Source of the DNA: Octopus vulgaris
Lineage: Eukaryota
NCBI GenBank assembly: GCA_951406725.2
Contig: OX597839.1
Location: 35,030,001-35,094,000, forward strand
Direction: 5' to 3'
Length of the DNA: 64,000 nucleotides
The notes below the pieces were generated by a model that was given only the letters and a program-made list of their open reading frames with translations, had not been told where the DNA came from and ran no database searches. A program made the translations under genes and the position numbers. Below are positions 13,380 through 27,209 of the stretch, one piece after another (within the stretch, counting starts at the first letter, position 1; the number at the start of each line of letters is the position of its first letter).

Positions 13380-14539
13380 ATGTACGTATGTGTGTGTGTG
13401 TGTGTGCATATATACATATGTGTGTGTGTATGTGTTTTGTGTGGAGGAGGCTGTTTAGTACCCTCAGGGTTAAATCAATGAATGTCTATGAATGTAGGTG
13501 ACGATTCTTCTCAGCAATAAAAAGTTTAATTGCTCTGGGAAAAAAAATGAGACCTTCGTTTACCTGGACAAAAGAAAGCAACAAAGAAAGGCTAAAGTAA
13601 CAAGGAAAGAGAAGGAAACACACAGAGAGAAAGAGAGAGTGAGAGAGAGAGAGAGAGAAAGACAGACAGACAAAAGTATTAAGCATAAAAAAAAAGAGAG
13701 AGCATGTATGTGTGTGTGTGTGTATGTTTTCCCTCTCTCTCTCTCTCTCTCTCTCTTATCTAACTTGAAATTAACCTTTTTTTTTCCTCTTTGAAACCAG
13801 AAACTAAATCCTCGATAAAGAAACCCAAAGACATAAACCTGTTTTTTTTTTTGTGTTTTTTTGTTTTTTGAAACGATTTTATTGGTTTTCTTTTTTTTTT
13901 ATTAAATTTTCCTTTTTTTTTTTTTCCTCTTTTCTTTTGGTCTCTTTGTCACAGTCAGATTGGCGTGATTGTGAGAATGGCACTTAAAATGTTTCTGCGA
14001 CAATTCTCTTTCGACTTGGTTGTTCCGAGTTCAAATCCTGCTCCGATGGAGTCAATTGCGTCTTTCATCCTTCTGGGGTTGGAAATTAAAAACGTCATTC
14101 AATAAGTTGTGGCTTAGGACTTGGGGGCTGGGCATCATAAAGCCCTGGACTCAAGACTGAAGCTCGACCCAATTTCCATAGCATTTAAGGGGCAAAAAAA
14201 CAGAACCCAACCCCACCACTGAACAAGAGACCAGTCCACCCCAGGGTCAACTTCCCAGTTATTTGTTGGTATTCATTTACAGTCGAGTGAACTGAGGCAA
14301 CGGGAAATAAAGTGTTCTGCTCAAGAACACAATGTACTACATGACCTGGGAATTGAAACCATGATCTGGGAATTGAAACCATGACCTTATGATCAAGCAT
14401 GCAACACCTTAATCACTAGACCCTGCAACTTCACATTCAAGAACTGGGATTGCTATAATCTATTGTTACCTTCCATGCCCTTCCTTTGAGATTTCTGGCT
14501 TTGTACCTATGTAAGAAATTATCATTATTATTATTATTA

Positions 14540-14589
<50 letters not shown>

Positions 14590-14874
14590 GAGTGAGAGAG
14601 CAGTGCATGCCATCAAAGTGACACTGGGGTAAAATATACGAAGCCCAGTATACCCATCATGACTACCCGTCTGATAAGAGTACACCAGACACATGCATCA
14701 CGACCATATGTGCGGTGACATGGTGATCTCATATCAAGATAAACAGCACATGACCTTGCAGGTGGGGCCCAGTTAGAATTTTCTTCTGGTCGAGTAACCC
14801 ATCCCGCTCAAAAGGTCCCTGAATAAGGGTTGTTTAAGGATGTGGAACGAAACACCCATGTTTCCAAAGGTGAA

Positions 14875-15370
14875 TTATTCAAACCCCAAAGAATCCCTCT
14901 CAACACATGGCTATGATGCTCCCCAACTGCTTCTGCTCGTGATCAGAGATGCACATATCGTCAGCCACCAAGGGACATGGTCAACTGGTTAAGGTCAAAC
15001 AACTGACAAGCAAATCTGTGGTATTGAGCAGAATATTTGCTGCACCCCATCTTTTATACCAAGACAAAACAATGTACACGATAACTCTTCCAATCAGTTA
15101 AGACAAGAAGCCATGAGAGCCACTGTCTAGTACTGCATGGCTTCTGATCTTAACTGATTGGAAGTGTTATCATGTACATTGTTTTGTCTTGGTGTAAAAG
15201 ATGGGTTACAGCAAATATTTTCTTCAATACCACAGATCTGCTTGTCAGTTGCTTGCCCTTAACCACTTGTCTCTTAGTGGCTGAAAATATGTGCATCTCT
15301 GATCATGAGTAGGGGTATCGGGGAGAGCATCATAGCCATGTGTTGAGAAGGAGTTTTTAGGGTTTGATTA
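14875..15370. repeat. Inverted pair of one repeat family (~240-bp arms, ~20-nt spacer)
   Basis: ~14875-15115 is the imperfect reverse complement of ~15136-15370. Confidence 0.8.
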
Positions 15371-15431
15371 AATGCAACAAAAGCAAAATTTAAAAGAAAT
15401 ATTAGCCATTTTTCATCATCATCAAATATTT

Positions 15432-15501
<70 letters not shown>

Positions 15502-15722
15502 GGCACGTAAAAAGTACCAATCCGATCGCGGCCGTTGCCAGCCTCGCCTGGCACGTAAAAAGCACCCACTACACTCACAGAGTGGTTGGCGTTAGGAAGG
15601 GCATCCAGCTGTAGAAATACTGCCAGATCAGACTGGGCCTGGTGCAGCCTCCTGGCTTCCCAGATCCCCGGTCGAACCGTCCAAACCATGCTAGCATGGA
15701 GAACGGACGTTAAATGATGATG

Positions 15723-15757
<35 letters not shown>

Positions 15758-16819
15758 CATCAAATTATTAACAAATCTCTTCAAATCTCAAGGGTCATTC
15801 TTAGAATTCTTATCAAATCCAAAACAGTACTTTCTTTCCAGTTCTCTTCTGGAAGAATAAGTACCTTTGCCTTTCATCCTTTTGGTGGGGGTCAATAAAA
15901 TAAAGTACCAGTCAAGTACCGAGGTCAATGTAAACCGACTTACACTCTCCCCTGATTTGAAATTTGAAATTATTTGAAATTATGGTTTCTTTGAAATATT
16001 TATAAAGATGCACACACACACACATATGGACACTCATACACGGATACGTATATCCAAGGGTACATGTTCTCACAAAGGTGCACACATATGCACAAATACA
16101 AGGACAAACACACACTCGCATTCACACAAGAAAACACATGCACACACACACATACACACGACACACACACATACACACAACAACACACACACATACACAC
16201 GACACACACACATACACACAACAACACACACACATACACACAAGGACGCACTTACACTCACACAAGGACACACACATACACACAAGGACACACACACATA
16301 CACATGATACACACACACATACACACGACACACGCACAAGGACACACACATACACACAAGGACACACACACACACACACCAGGACACACACACATACACA
16401 TACATCCACCAATGCACTCAAGGAAACAGATACATTCACACACAAGGAAGTACTCACACATACATACACGCAAGGACACACACACACAAACACAAAGAAG
16501 CAACATTCACACACACACACAAAGAAGCAACATTCACACACACACACAAAGAAGCAACATTCACATACAGATAAACCCTTTCAGGATGAAAGAAGAAATA
16601 AAATACATAAAGAAAAATGAATCCAGTTCCTGTTCCCAAACAAAATAGTAAAATTATTTATAAAAATAACAACAATAATGATTAAAATAATAACAATAAT
16701 AAAATATTGTGAACAAAAAAGAAGGAAAAATAAATAAAAAGAAATATCGGCGAAAAAAAAAGAAAGAGTGAGAATAAAAGAAACGGACAGAACTAGAGTT
16801 TTAATAAGCACTGGTGGTG

Positions 16820-17110
16820 TCAGCGGTGACCTCTAGTGGTTGGTGCACACGGATGCATGATATGAGTTTTATAACGAGGGGAGGGGGTCTGAATTCGGTT
16901 TCGGTGATGTAATGTCAAAAAACAAGATTGGTTTTTCCCTGTAGGTGGAAGTGTTTAAACAATGGCTCGTTACTGTTGGTGCTGATTTTCAAGTCACATG
17001 GTACTCGTTAAATGATCGTTTAAGAGCAGCAGGATATTATATCAGCAAGTTCATCCGGTTGCAGATTGGCTGGCTAAACGTTGCGTCGGCGCACTTAACG
17101 GCAACGCAGT
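16820..17110 (+). promoter_or_regulatory. Candidate promoter of the PTB-like gene
   Basis: Unique, relatively CpG-containing island with two reverse CCAAT boxes (ATTGG at 16927 and 17065) and a CTCF-like site (16826-16839). The ATG exon has an upstream acceptor, so a non-coding first exon is implied. Confidence 0.35.
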
Positions 17111-18727
17111 GAGAGACTTAAATTGCAGTTATACAGTGACTTAATTAAAAGCAGTGAAGTGACTTAATTAACAACAGTACAGGGATTAATCTTGCAGTGG
17201 CACAGAAACAAATCTTGTCGCAGTCCATTGAAGTGCCTAACAGTGGTACAGTGTGTGATTTTACAGTTGTGCAATAATTAATCTAACGACAGTGCAGTGC
17301 CTAATTTTACAGTCCTTGCAGCAGTGCAGTGATTAATCCCACATCTGTGCAGTGACTTACAAAAGCTGTTGTGCATTTGCTTACCTTACTGCAGTGCAGT
17401 TTGTAACTTAACAATCGTGTCAAGATTAAACTAATATTACTTGGCTAAAAGAGGAGAAATTTCGCTCCTTGTTTTGGAAATGCTCAAAGATTTTACCATT
17501 ACCAGTGGAAGAAAATAATTTCAGAGAGAAACAAAGGCCAGAGATCATATCGAAGTATCAGAGTTTTCTGTATATACACACACGTGCACACTTGTATATA
17601 TATTTGTAAAACAGAAATATATCTATATACAGATATAGATACATATGAATGTATAGATGTAAATTGAGATTGTCAGGAAATTTCAGAAACAGAAAGCAGC
17701 AGACGTTAAGCAGGTCGCTTAAAGAAAGACAGAAAAAGGTTCTGTTTGGTAAAGAAGGAGCACGGGAAAAAGTTTTGGTTTATTAAATTAGATTCAAGGT
17801 TTTTCCTTTTTTACCTAAACTGCAGTCCTTGCGTATCACTTAACATTAATATTGTTATCGATATATTTGATAACACTATCATCAACATCATACAAAGGAC
17901 CGGACGAAAACGGTTGTTCCCTGCAAAAGCTGAAAAGGGAAACGCAACCAACAACAACAGAGAATATATATATATATATATATGATAGTGAGGAAAAGGT
18001 GTGTGTTGAAGGATTAGGGAGTGAGGTCGGTCAAATAAGAAGAAGAGCAACAACAGGAGAAGAAGATTTGTAGAGTGAAATACAGAGAGAAGAAAATAAA
18101 AGGAGGAGAAAGGGATAAAGATTTAAAGAGGAAAATCAAAGAAGGAAAGAAGAATAACAAGAAGAAGAATAAGGATATACAACAACAACAACAACAACAG
18201 TAACAACTGCAGCCTTATTCTAATTAGTCATTCAACAACAACAACAGCAAGAAACACTGCAAAGGGAAGAACTAAACTGACCCCTTCCTGGCAATAAGAA
18301 CATTAATAAGAAGGGCAAAGTCAAGTAAAAACTGATTGAAGTCGAAAGAGATTGAACCAAGGTGGACCTAGCCAAGCTGAGCTAGACCAAACAGAAACAA
18401 GCAGAACCGGGATAAGCCCCCTACCAAACCATTATGGGTCTCTATTTGGATATCAGTCATTCCGTACCAAATTATCTTTCTGGTTAACAATATACTCTTT
18501 TTTTTTTTTTTTTTTACTCTTTTACTTATTTCGGTCATTTTGACTGCGGCCATGCTGGAGCACCGCCTTTAGTCAAGCAAATCGACCCCAGGACTTATTC
18601 TTTCTAGGCCCAGCACTTATTCTATCGGTCCCTTTTGCCGAACCGCTAAGTGACGGGGACGTAAACATACCAGCATCTGTTGTCAAGCAATGCTAGGGGG
18701 ACAAACACAGACACACAAACATACACG

Positions 18728-18764
<37 letters not shown>

Positions 18765-18808
18765 GACAGGCTTCTATACATTTATATATAAACATACTTA
18801 CACACACA

Positions 18809-18851
<43 letters not shown>

Positions 18852-19140
18852 GCATACCTCAACTTACCTCTTTTTCGACTTCAGTCCACCCACCCTCACA
18901 CCACCTCTTCTCTGTTTCAGTCACTAGGCTGTGGCCATGCTGGGGCACCGGCGTGAAGAATGTTTAGTCAAATGAATCCACACCAGTGCATATTTTTTGT
19001 TAAGCCTCTTGCTTATCCTTTCAGTCCCCCTTTGCCGAACTGCTAAGTTACGTGGACGTAAACACAAAACTTCTCAAGTTGGGGGTTTGGGGGGGGGGAG
19101 ACAAGCACAGACATAAAGGGACACACACACACATATACAG

Positions 19141-19185
<45 letters not shown>

Positions 19186-19893
19186 CATATATACATATAA
19201 ATATACATACACACATATATATATACATACGTACATACATACATAAATACAGATATATGTGTGTGTGTGTGTGTGTCTGTGTGTTAAGCACCACACTGTT
19301 TCCGTCTACCAAATGCACTCACAAGGCTTTAGTCGACCCATGTCTATATTAGAAGATACTTGCCCAAGGTGCCACACAGTGGGACTGAACCCAAAACCAT
19401 GTAGTTGGGAAGCAAGCTTTTTATCATACACCCATGCCTGATTTTGTTGGGGTTTTTTTTAATTAACAGGAAGCAGCAAGCCTCAACTTCTCTCGATTCA
19501 TTCTTCAGTTTAGTAGTCTCAAAGAACTTATTTAGAATTTGAAGAATTTAAACATAAACCACCAAAGCCCACCACTGAAGTGGGAAAACAAATAGAATAT
19601 ACGGAAAAACATATAATATAGCACTTTCTCTGAGTCATATAGACTCACTCATAAGGTCGGTTTTCTGGTTTCTGTGGCATATATGACTCCCCAGTGGATG
19701 GGACAACGGTCCGGCAGAGTAAAGCGTTTTGCTCAAGAACACAATACGTCACCCGGTCCGAGAATTGAAACCACAACCTTATAATCATGAGTCCCAACAA
19801 CCTAACCACTGAGCCATGCATCTCACCTGGTCTCTTTCTGTATGGTTAGTCCTCATTACTCTGTAAGGAGCATAGACTTGGTTTCTCTGGTGC

Positions 19894-20110
19894 ACAAGGG
19901 AGCGCTGAAAAGTCCCTGGCTTTGGGTGAAAGAAAATACAAAAGGGTCGGTTGATTATGATTTTATCTAACATATTCCCCTCTCAAATTCACACACTTAT
20001 TGCAGTAGTCCTTCAGGTTTTCAAAGCCCTGTAAAATAATTCATTAAGCTGGGCCTCCAGACAGACCTTTCATGATACCCTTGAAGCCAGGAACCTATCA
20101 ACACCCCCCC
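19894..20110. mobile_element. Mariner-derived MITE (truncated sister copy at ~23935-24105)
   Basis: Ends gggagcgctgaaaagtccctggct and agccaggaacctatcaacaccccc are inverted; body matches 23935-24105. Confidence 0.6.
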
Positions 20111-20442
20111 ATCTATATTCCTCCTTGAATGGGGTGCCGGTCCGTCACAGGGTCACTAATTTTTTCCCCAGTTGAGTGGACTGGAGCAACATGAAATGAA
20201 GTGTCTTGCTCAAGAGCCAAACACATCACCCAGTCCAGGAATTGAAAGTATATATATAAACCATTTATTTAAACAGAAGCTAATTAATTTCTGTAAATGT
20301 TTTTCCCTGTTACATCGTTTGTCAAGTTAAGTCACATGACTTGAGACCAAATGCTGACTTCGACTGAGGTATGCCTGGATATATATACATACATACATAC
20401 ATATATATATATACATATATATATATATGTATATATATACAC

Positions 20443-20485
<43 letters not shown>

Positions 20486-20804
20486 CACACACACACATAT
20501 ATATATACACACATATATATATATACATATATATATATATACATACATATATATATATACACATGCACACACATGTATATCTGTATATTTATCTAGATGT
20601 ATATAAATGCTTATTTTTCCTCTTCTTCCTTTCTTTAGTTTTTACAATCGTGGTTCAAGTACATCTTAGACAAGTCACTTCACTCTCATGTAGCCATGCA
20701 TATGTTTTCACATGCAAACATAAATCTATGCATATACATACACCCACACGCACACATATATATGTGCATATGTATATATATGTATATATATATATATATG
20801 TATA

Positions 20805-20864
<60 letters not shown>

Positions 20865-21100
20865 TATGTATGTGCATACATATATATGCACACACAAACA
20901 CATACACACACATATATATAATCTATTTGCCAACGTAAGGTGACAGTGCTGCGTAGGACCTTTTAACCCCAGGAAAACATCTTTTCCAGCTGGTTATCAA
21001 CACACAATCTATTCCAGATCAGCCTCCTGGCTTCCCAGACCCCATTCGAACCGTCCAACCAGTGCTAGCACGGAAAACGGACGTTAAACGATGATGATGA

Positions 21101-21134
<34 letters not shown>

Positions 21135-21445
21135 CTAATATAGGATAAAATTTTCAAAAAATTTTATCAGTGGCCAGCATATTAAAAAATACCTTTTAAG
21201 CTGAAAATAATAAACAACTTATGAATAAGGGCAAAAGAAAAAAATTCCCAAGCTAAATATGCCAAGAAATAGACTTTAAATCGTCAATAACCACATATAA
21301 TAATTCATCACTAAAAATTTCTATCAGCTTTGAGACGCGTGCTTTTACTGATGAATTATTATACATGATTTTTGATGATTTAAACTCTATTTCTCAGCAT
21401 ATTTGGCATAGGAATTTTTTCTTTTGACATTATTTATAAGTTATA
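21135..21445. mobile_element. Diverged fold-back element in (TA)n
   Basis: Imperfect inverted arms ~21216-21315 and 21343-21442. Confidence 0.5.
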
Positions 21446-21489
21446 TACATATACATAAGTTATAAGTTATATACATATACATTCAAAAT

Positions 21490-21678
21490 GTGGCCGCGTG
21501 TGTACTGTTGGCGATTTTGTTCCCTCCATCTTCCCTTCTTTGGATCTTTCTTTTTCCTATGTTTCTGACGAAGAGCTTCGCTCGAAACGTTAAACCCTCC
21601 TTCTTTCCTGAGCGTCCAATAACACTATACTTGTTCCATGTCCTCGCGTTGTTGTGTTTTCATGTTTGGGTTAACTAT
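21490..21678 (+). mobile_element. ~190-bp hammerhead-bearing element (Penelope-like solo pLTR / retrozyme-like)
   Basis: A homologous copy with matching ends lies at ~58589-58778; both sit in TA-rich microsatellite context. Confidence 0.65.
21561..21595 (+). ncRNA. Minimal type I hammerhead ribozyme motif
   Basis: gttt-CTGACGA-a-gagc(ttc)gctc-GAAA-CG-TT-aaac: intact core, 4-bp stem I, loopless palindromic stem III (ACGT) as in dimer-forming PLE hammerheads. Confidence 0.7.
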
Positions 21679-21683
21679 ATATT

Positions 21684-21789
<106 letters not shown>

Positions 21790-21872
21790 ATAATGAAGTT
21801 AAACTAAATAGTGATATTTTGAAATCATTCTCCCCAAAATGTCATGCCTTGTGCCTATATTATTATGATGAA

Positions 21873-21927
<55 letters not shown>

Positions 21928-22067
21928 TATTATTACTTTTATCATTATTATTGTTGTTGTTGTTATTGTTGTTGTAGTTGTTGTTGCTATTATTGTTATT
22001 ATCATTATTATTATTCACATCTTTTGTTGTAGATCTGAAAAACTTCTTTGTGAGCGAACCCGGAATC

Positions 22068-22432
22068 ATGAGCGACCGAAACATTCAATTCAAGGCCACC
22101 ATGGTGGGGATGTGGCTGGATATGGAAATCCCCGTGGTGCTGGAGCAGATCTCCAACCTGCTGCAGCTGAAGAACTTCCAGAAGGTCAAAGTGCAGCTGA
22201 GCCGTCAGGGCCTGAAACTCACCAAAAAGGGCAAGCTGCCAGGGTTGAGCTCCGAAGACCTGATCCCCTTACAAAACATCGAAGATATCTTTGTTGACGA
22301 CAGCATACCGACCTGTTTCATATGCATAACCACTGCATGTTCCAGTTCACCGACGCAAATCATGGCTTTGAAATGCCTCAATGAGATTTGTGCTAAAGGA
22401 ATCGTCACCCATTACAAGATACTAACTGGCGA
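22068..22432 (+). CDS. Coding exon 1 of an uncharacterised ~546-aa protein; PTB/PH-like N-terminal domain
   Basis: Acceptor ttgttgtAG at 22031-22032; ATG at 22068; GC-richer unique sequence encoding MSDRNIQFKATMVGMW...VKVQLSRQGLKL...IPLQNIEDI...PTCFICIT...IMALKCLNEICAKGIV, whose spacing resembles the PTB fold; donor GTAAGT at 22433 (phase 2). Confidence 0.8.
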
Positions 22433-23497
22433 GTAAGTACAAGGAATCAACCGTTTTCTTTCTTCGTCTCCCTACGACTTTTCTTCTTTCTCTTCTTCTC
22501 CTTCGGTTTCCTTTTCTCCTCTTCTTCTTTTCTTTCTTCTTCTTGGCTTTCTTCTTGTCCTTTTCTTTCTTCCTTTCCTTTTTCTTCTTTCCCTTTTTCT
22601 TCTTTCTCTTCTTCTGCTTCTGTTTCTTTTTCTCCTCTTTTCCTTTTCTTTCTTTCTTCTTGTCCTTTTCTTTCTTCTTCTTTTTCTCCGTCTTCTTCTC
22701 CTTCTTTTTCTCCCCCTCCTTCTTTTCTTATTCTTCTCCTTCTTCTTCCTCCTCCTCCTCTTCTTCTTCTCCTTCTCCCTCTCCTTCTTTTTCTCGTCCT
22801 CCTCCTCTTCTCCTTCTGCTTCTCCTTCTTTTTCTCCTCCCCCTTCTTCTTCTTCTTCTTCTCCTCCCTCTTCTTCTTCTTCTTCTTCTTCTTCTTCTTC
22901 TTCTTCTTCTTCTTCTTCTTCTTCTTCTTCGCCAAAACAAGCAAATCCTAAAAGATAAAATAATAGAAAAATAACTCCAAAATAGTAAAAAAAAAAAAAA
23001 AAAAAAAAGAAACCCAGTCGAAGCCTTGACCAGTGTGAAATACCATCAGGTGGTTTGGTGGGAACTTAATTAGTGACAGGAGAAAAAAATTTTAATTAAT
23101 TAGTCATATTCAAATATTCATTGCTCTAGTTTGCTGAACTCATTAATTTAATGAGATTCATCAGAAATAAAACGATCGTTCCCACATTTTAATTTTACTC
23201 ATTAATATTGCTATTGTTGTTGTTATAGAGTCCATTGCTAGTCTGGAACAAGCAGATCTATGACTAAGGGTATGCCAGCCATGACCTCCCCATCTATGTC
23301 TTTTTGTTATGTTATGTACATACATGGTTTTGTACATAAGGCACAGGCATGGCTGTGTGGTAAGTAGCTTGCTTCCCAACCACATGGTTCCTGGTTCAGT
23401 CTCACTGCATGGCACCTGGTGCAAGTGTCTTCTACTATAGCCTTGGGCCAACCAAAGCTTTGTGAGTAAATTTTGTAGATGGAAACTGAAAGAAGCC

Positions 23498-23528
<31 letters not shown>

Positions 23529-23631
23529 GATGTGTGTATTTTTCCCTTGTTAACAATTAGCACGGAAAAAAAAAGATTGTGAGTGGATTTGGTAGAGGGA
23601 AACTGAAATAAATATGGGTGTGTGTGTGTGT

Positions 23632-23820
23632 GTGTATAAATTAGAGAAGAACCACCATGTAGCAATTCAACAATGATATACTTAAAGCATATCATTGTTG
23701 AATTGCTACATGGTGGTTCTTCTCTTATTTATATACATGTATTATATATTGTGAAATTTGATTTAGTATTACTAAATTGAATTTTTCCCTGTAAGTTTGG
23801 AATCATATTCCCTAATATTA
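23632..23820. mobile_element. Fold-back element with shared cctgtaagtttgg terminus
   Basis: ~55-bp inverted arms around 23690-23698; terminus homologous to the 2.8-kb and 52.5-kb elements. Confidence 0.55.
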
Positions 23821-23850
23821 TATATATGTATATAAATACACGTATATAAT

Positions 23851-23887
<37 letters not shown>

Positions 23888-23893
23888 GAGATT

Positions 23894-23929
<36 letters not shown>

Positions 23930-24104
23930 CGTATATGAGGGGTGCCAAAAAGTTCCTGGCTTTGGGTAAAAGAAAATACAGGAGGATCAGTTAATTATGA
24001 TTTTATTCAACATATTCCCCTCTTGCCGTTCACGCACATATTGCAGTGGTCCTTCAGTTTTTCTAAGCCCTGTAAAAGAACTCAGAAGGTTGAGCCTCCA
24101 ACCA

Positions 24105-24309
24105 GGCTGTTAGTTGGTGCCCCTATAATGCTCATTAGAAATTTGGTTCCCCCAAATTAATGCAATGGCACACGTTTGATCGTTAAGTCCTTATCTCCCA
24201 CCGTAAACTTATATCAATATTTGCCTGAATAATCATCATAATTCAGTGCAATCATTAACAGTACTTTCAAGCAATTCAGCCCTGAGCATTGCCGGGCAAT
24301 TCTGCTAGT
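24105..24309 (+). mobile_element. Helitron remnant (PIF1-like helicase fragment fused to the 3' terminus)
   Basis: LLVGAPIMLIRNLVPP / CNGTRLIVKSL helicase motif; terminal ccctgagcattgccggg...CTAG followed by T. Confidence 0.7.
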
Positions 24310-24733
24310 ATATATATATATATCCCATGGCATCAGGTAATCAAAGGCTGTTGTTAAAGACACTTACCCAAGGATGCCATGCAATGCAATTGAGCCCAAC
24401 ACCCACATGGTTCCAAAATAAACTTCTCAACCTCAAGGCCAAATCTTTCAAACGTTCACCTATATTTTGTTCATTTTATTTTCGTATATTTCTTTGTTGT
24501 CTATTTTTTTTTTACTTGCATTTATTATTACATTGGTTTTTATTTTTTATTTTTCCTCACCCCCATTTTCTGACCTATTTTCTTAGATTCTTTTGTCTTC
24601 AAATGTATTTTCCCACAGAAAATTACCGTTACTTCACGAATAGCAACAGGTGCTTTTTTATATGTGTGAATTAATTTGAAGTGATTAATTAATATACGAT
24701 GTAGGCAGAGTTAGATTTATATATATACATACA

Positions 24734-24796
<63 letters not shown>

Positions 24797-24810
24797 CTAT
24801 ATGTATATAT

Positions 24811-24842
<32 letters not shown>

Positions 24843-24844
<2 letters not shown>

Positions 24845-25043
24845 TCTTTACTCTTTTACTTGTTTCAGTCATTTGACTGCGGCCATGTTGGAGCACCGCC
24901 TTTAGTCGAGCAAATCAACCCCGGGACTTATTCTTTGTAAGCCTAGTACTTATTCTATCGGTCTCTTTTGCCGAATCGCTAAGTGACGGGGACGTAAACA
25001 CACCAGCATCGGTTGTCAAGCAATGCTAGGGGGACAAACACAA

Positions 25044-25084
<41 letters not shown>

Positions 25085-25232
25085 CATATATACGACAGGC
25101 TTCTTTCAGTTTCCGTCTACCAAATCCACTCACAAGGCATTGGCCGGCCCGAGGCTATAGCAGAAGACACTTGCCCAAGATGTCACGCAGTGGGACTGAA
25201 CCCGGAACCATGTGGTTGGTTAGCAAGCTACT
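24843..25232 (-). mobile_element. SINE family 1 copy (intronic)
   Basis: Near-identical to 12903-13379. Confidence 0.85.
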
Positions 25233-26448
25233 ATTTATTACTTTCGTCTTTTTCAGGGATTCATCATTTTTCATGATATATAAAATATTTTATCTTTCAC
25301 TTGTTCCGTTCATTGGACTGTGGCCATGCTGGAACACTGCCTCGAATGATTTTTTTTCTGTCGAATGAATTGGCCTCAGCACTTGTTCCATTTTTTAAAG
25401 CGTGGTGCTTAGTTTATTGGTTTCATCTTTACAGAACTGGGTTTTTTTTTTGGTACTGGGACATAAACAAACCAACACTTGTTGTCAAGCAATGGCAGGG
25501 GCGGGTGGGTGTAACAAACAAAATTGCACACACACACACATTCACATACACATGCATATGCAAACACACACACATACTCACACACAAACACACACATACA
25601 TACACACACATGCACAGATACACATGCACACACATATGCACATGCACACATACACATACACACACATGCTCACACACACACATGCTCACACATATGCACA
25701 CGCACATACACACACATGCACATACACACACACATGCATAGACACACATGCATACACGCACACACACATGCGCACATACACACACATGCTCACACACACA
25801 CACATGCATACACATAAGCGCACACACACACATGCACACACATATGCACATGCACACTTACATACACACACACATGCACATACACACATACACACACATG
25901 CACGCACACATGCATACACAAACACACTCAAGCACACACACACACATACACAAACACACACGCACACACAAACACACATGTGCACAGACACACAGACACA
26001 CTCACACACGTGTATGATGGGCTTCTTTCTGTCCATGAACCAAGTCCACTCACAAGGCTTTCTTTGACCAAGGGCTATAGCAGAAGACACATGTATGCAT
26101 GTGCGTCGATGTGTATATATGTGTGTATGCATACATGAGTATATGTACATATGGGAACGTGCATGAAACACATAATAAAATTACCCAATATAGAGGCTAG
26201 CGACCTATCCCAGGGTTTGTTTATATATACATATATACGACAGGATTCTTTCAGTTTCCGTCTACCAAATCCACTCACAAGGCATTGATCGGCCCGGGGC
26301 TATAGCAGGAGACACTTGCCCAAGATGCCACGCAGTGGGACTGAACCCAGAACCATGTGGTTAGTTAGCAAGCTACTTACCACACAGCCACTCCTGCGCA
26401 TATATACATACATACATATATATATATGTATGTATGTATGTATATATG

Positions 26449-26494
<46 letters not shown>

Positions 26495-26508
26495 TATATG
26501 CATGTAAG

Positions 26509-26539
<31 letters not shown>

Positions 26540-26558
26540 GTATATGTATATGTATTTG

Positions 26559-26594
<36 letters not shown>

Positions 26595-26612
26595 GTGTGC
26601 TTTTTTTTACAG

Positions 26613-26772
26613 CAAGAAAAGACTTGTCCAGTCCTTAAGAAATGCTCAGCTTGCTTCTTTGGGTGCCAGCCAAACATCCAATAATTCCACGAACTCAGAC
26701 TCCAGTGAGGGGAACAACGACTTGAGCGATGGCGTTGGCAGCAACACTGAATCGGGTTACACCACCGACCAT
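26613..26772 (+). CDS. Coding exon 2 (Ser/Asn-rich linker) of the same gene
   Basis: Acceptor ttttttttacAG at 26611-26612; the phase-2 join gives [18 protein letters not shown]...SGYTTDH with no stop; donor GTAAGG at 26773 (phase 0). Confidence 0.75.
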
Positions 26773-26804
26773 GTAAGGACACCTCTTTTTCTTTTCTTTT
26801 TTCT

Positions 26805-27209
26805 TTCCTTTTACTTGTTTCAGTCATTTTGACAGAGGCCATGCTGGTGCACCACCTTTAATCGAGCAACTCGACCCCGGGACTTATTCTTTGTAAGCCC
26901 AGTACTTATTCTATCGGTCTCTTTTGCTGAATCACTAAGTGACGGGGACATAAACACACCAGCATCGGTTGTCAAGCAATGCTAGGGGGACAAACACAGA
27001 TGCACAAACATACATGCACATACATATATATATATATATATATACGACGGGCTTCTTTCAGTTTCCGTCTGCCAAATCCACTCACAAGGCTTTGGTCGGC
27101 CCGAGGCTATAGTAGAAGACACTTGCCCAAAGTGCCATGCAGTGGGACTGAACCCGGAACCATGTGGTTGGTAAGCAAGCTACTTACCACACAGCCACTC
27201 CTGCGCCTA
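26805..27209 (-). mobile_element. SINE family 1 copy (intronic)
   Basis: Near-identical to 12903-13379. Confidence 0.85.

Noticed and set aside
21978-22067. Poly-Leu 'signal peptide' extending the first coding exon
   Set aside because: Derived from a (TTG/TTA)n tract upstream of the splice acceptor at 22032.
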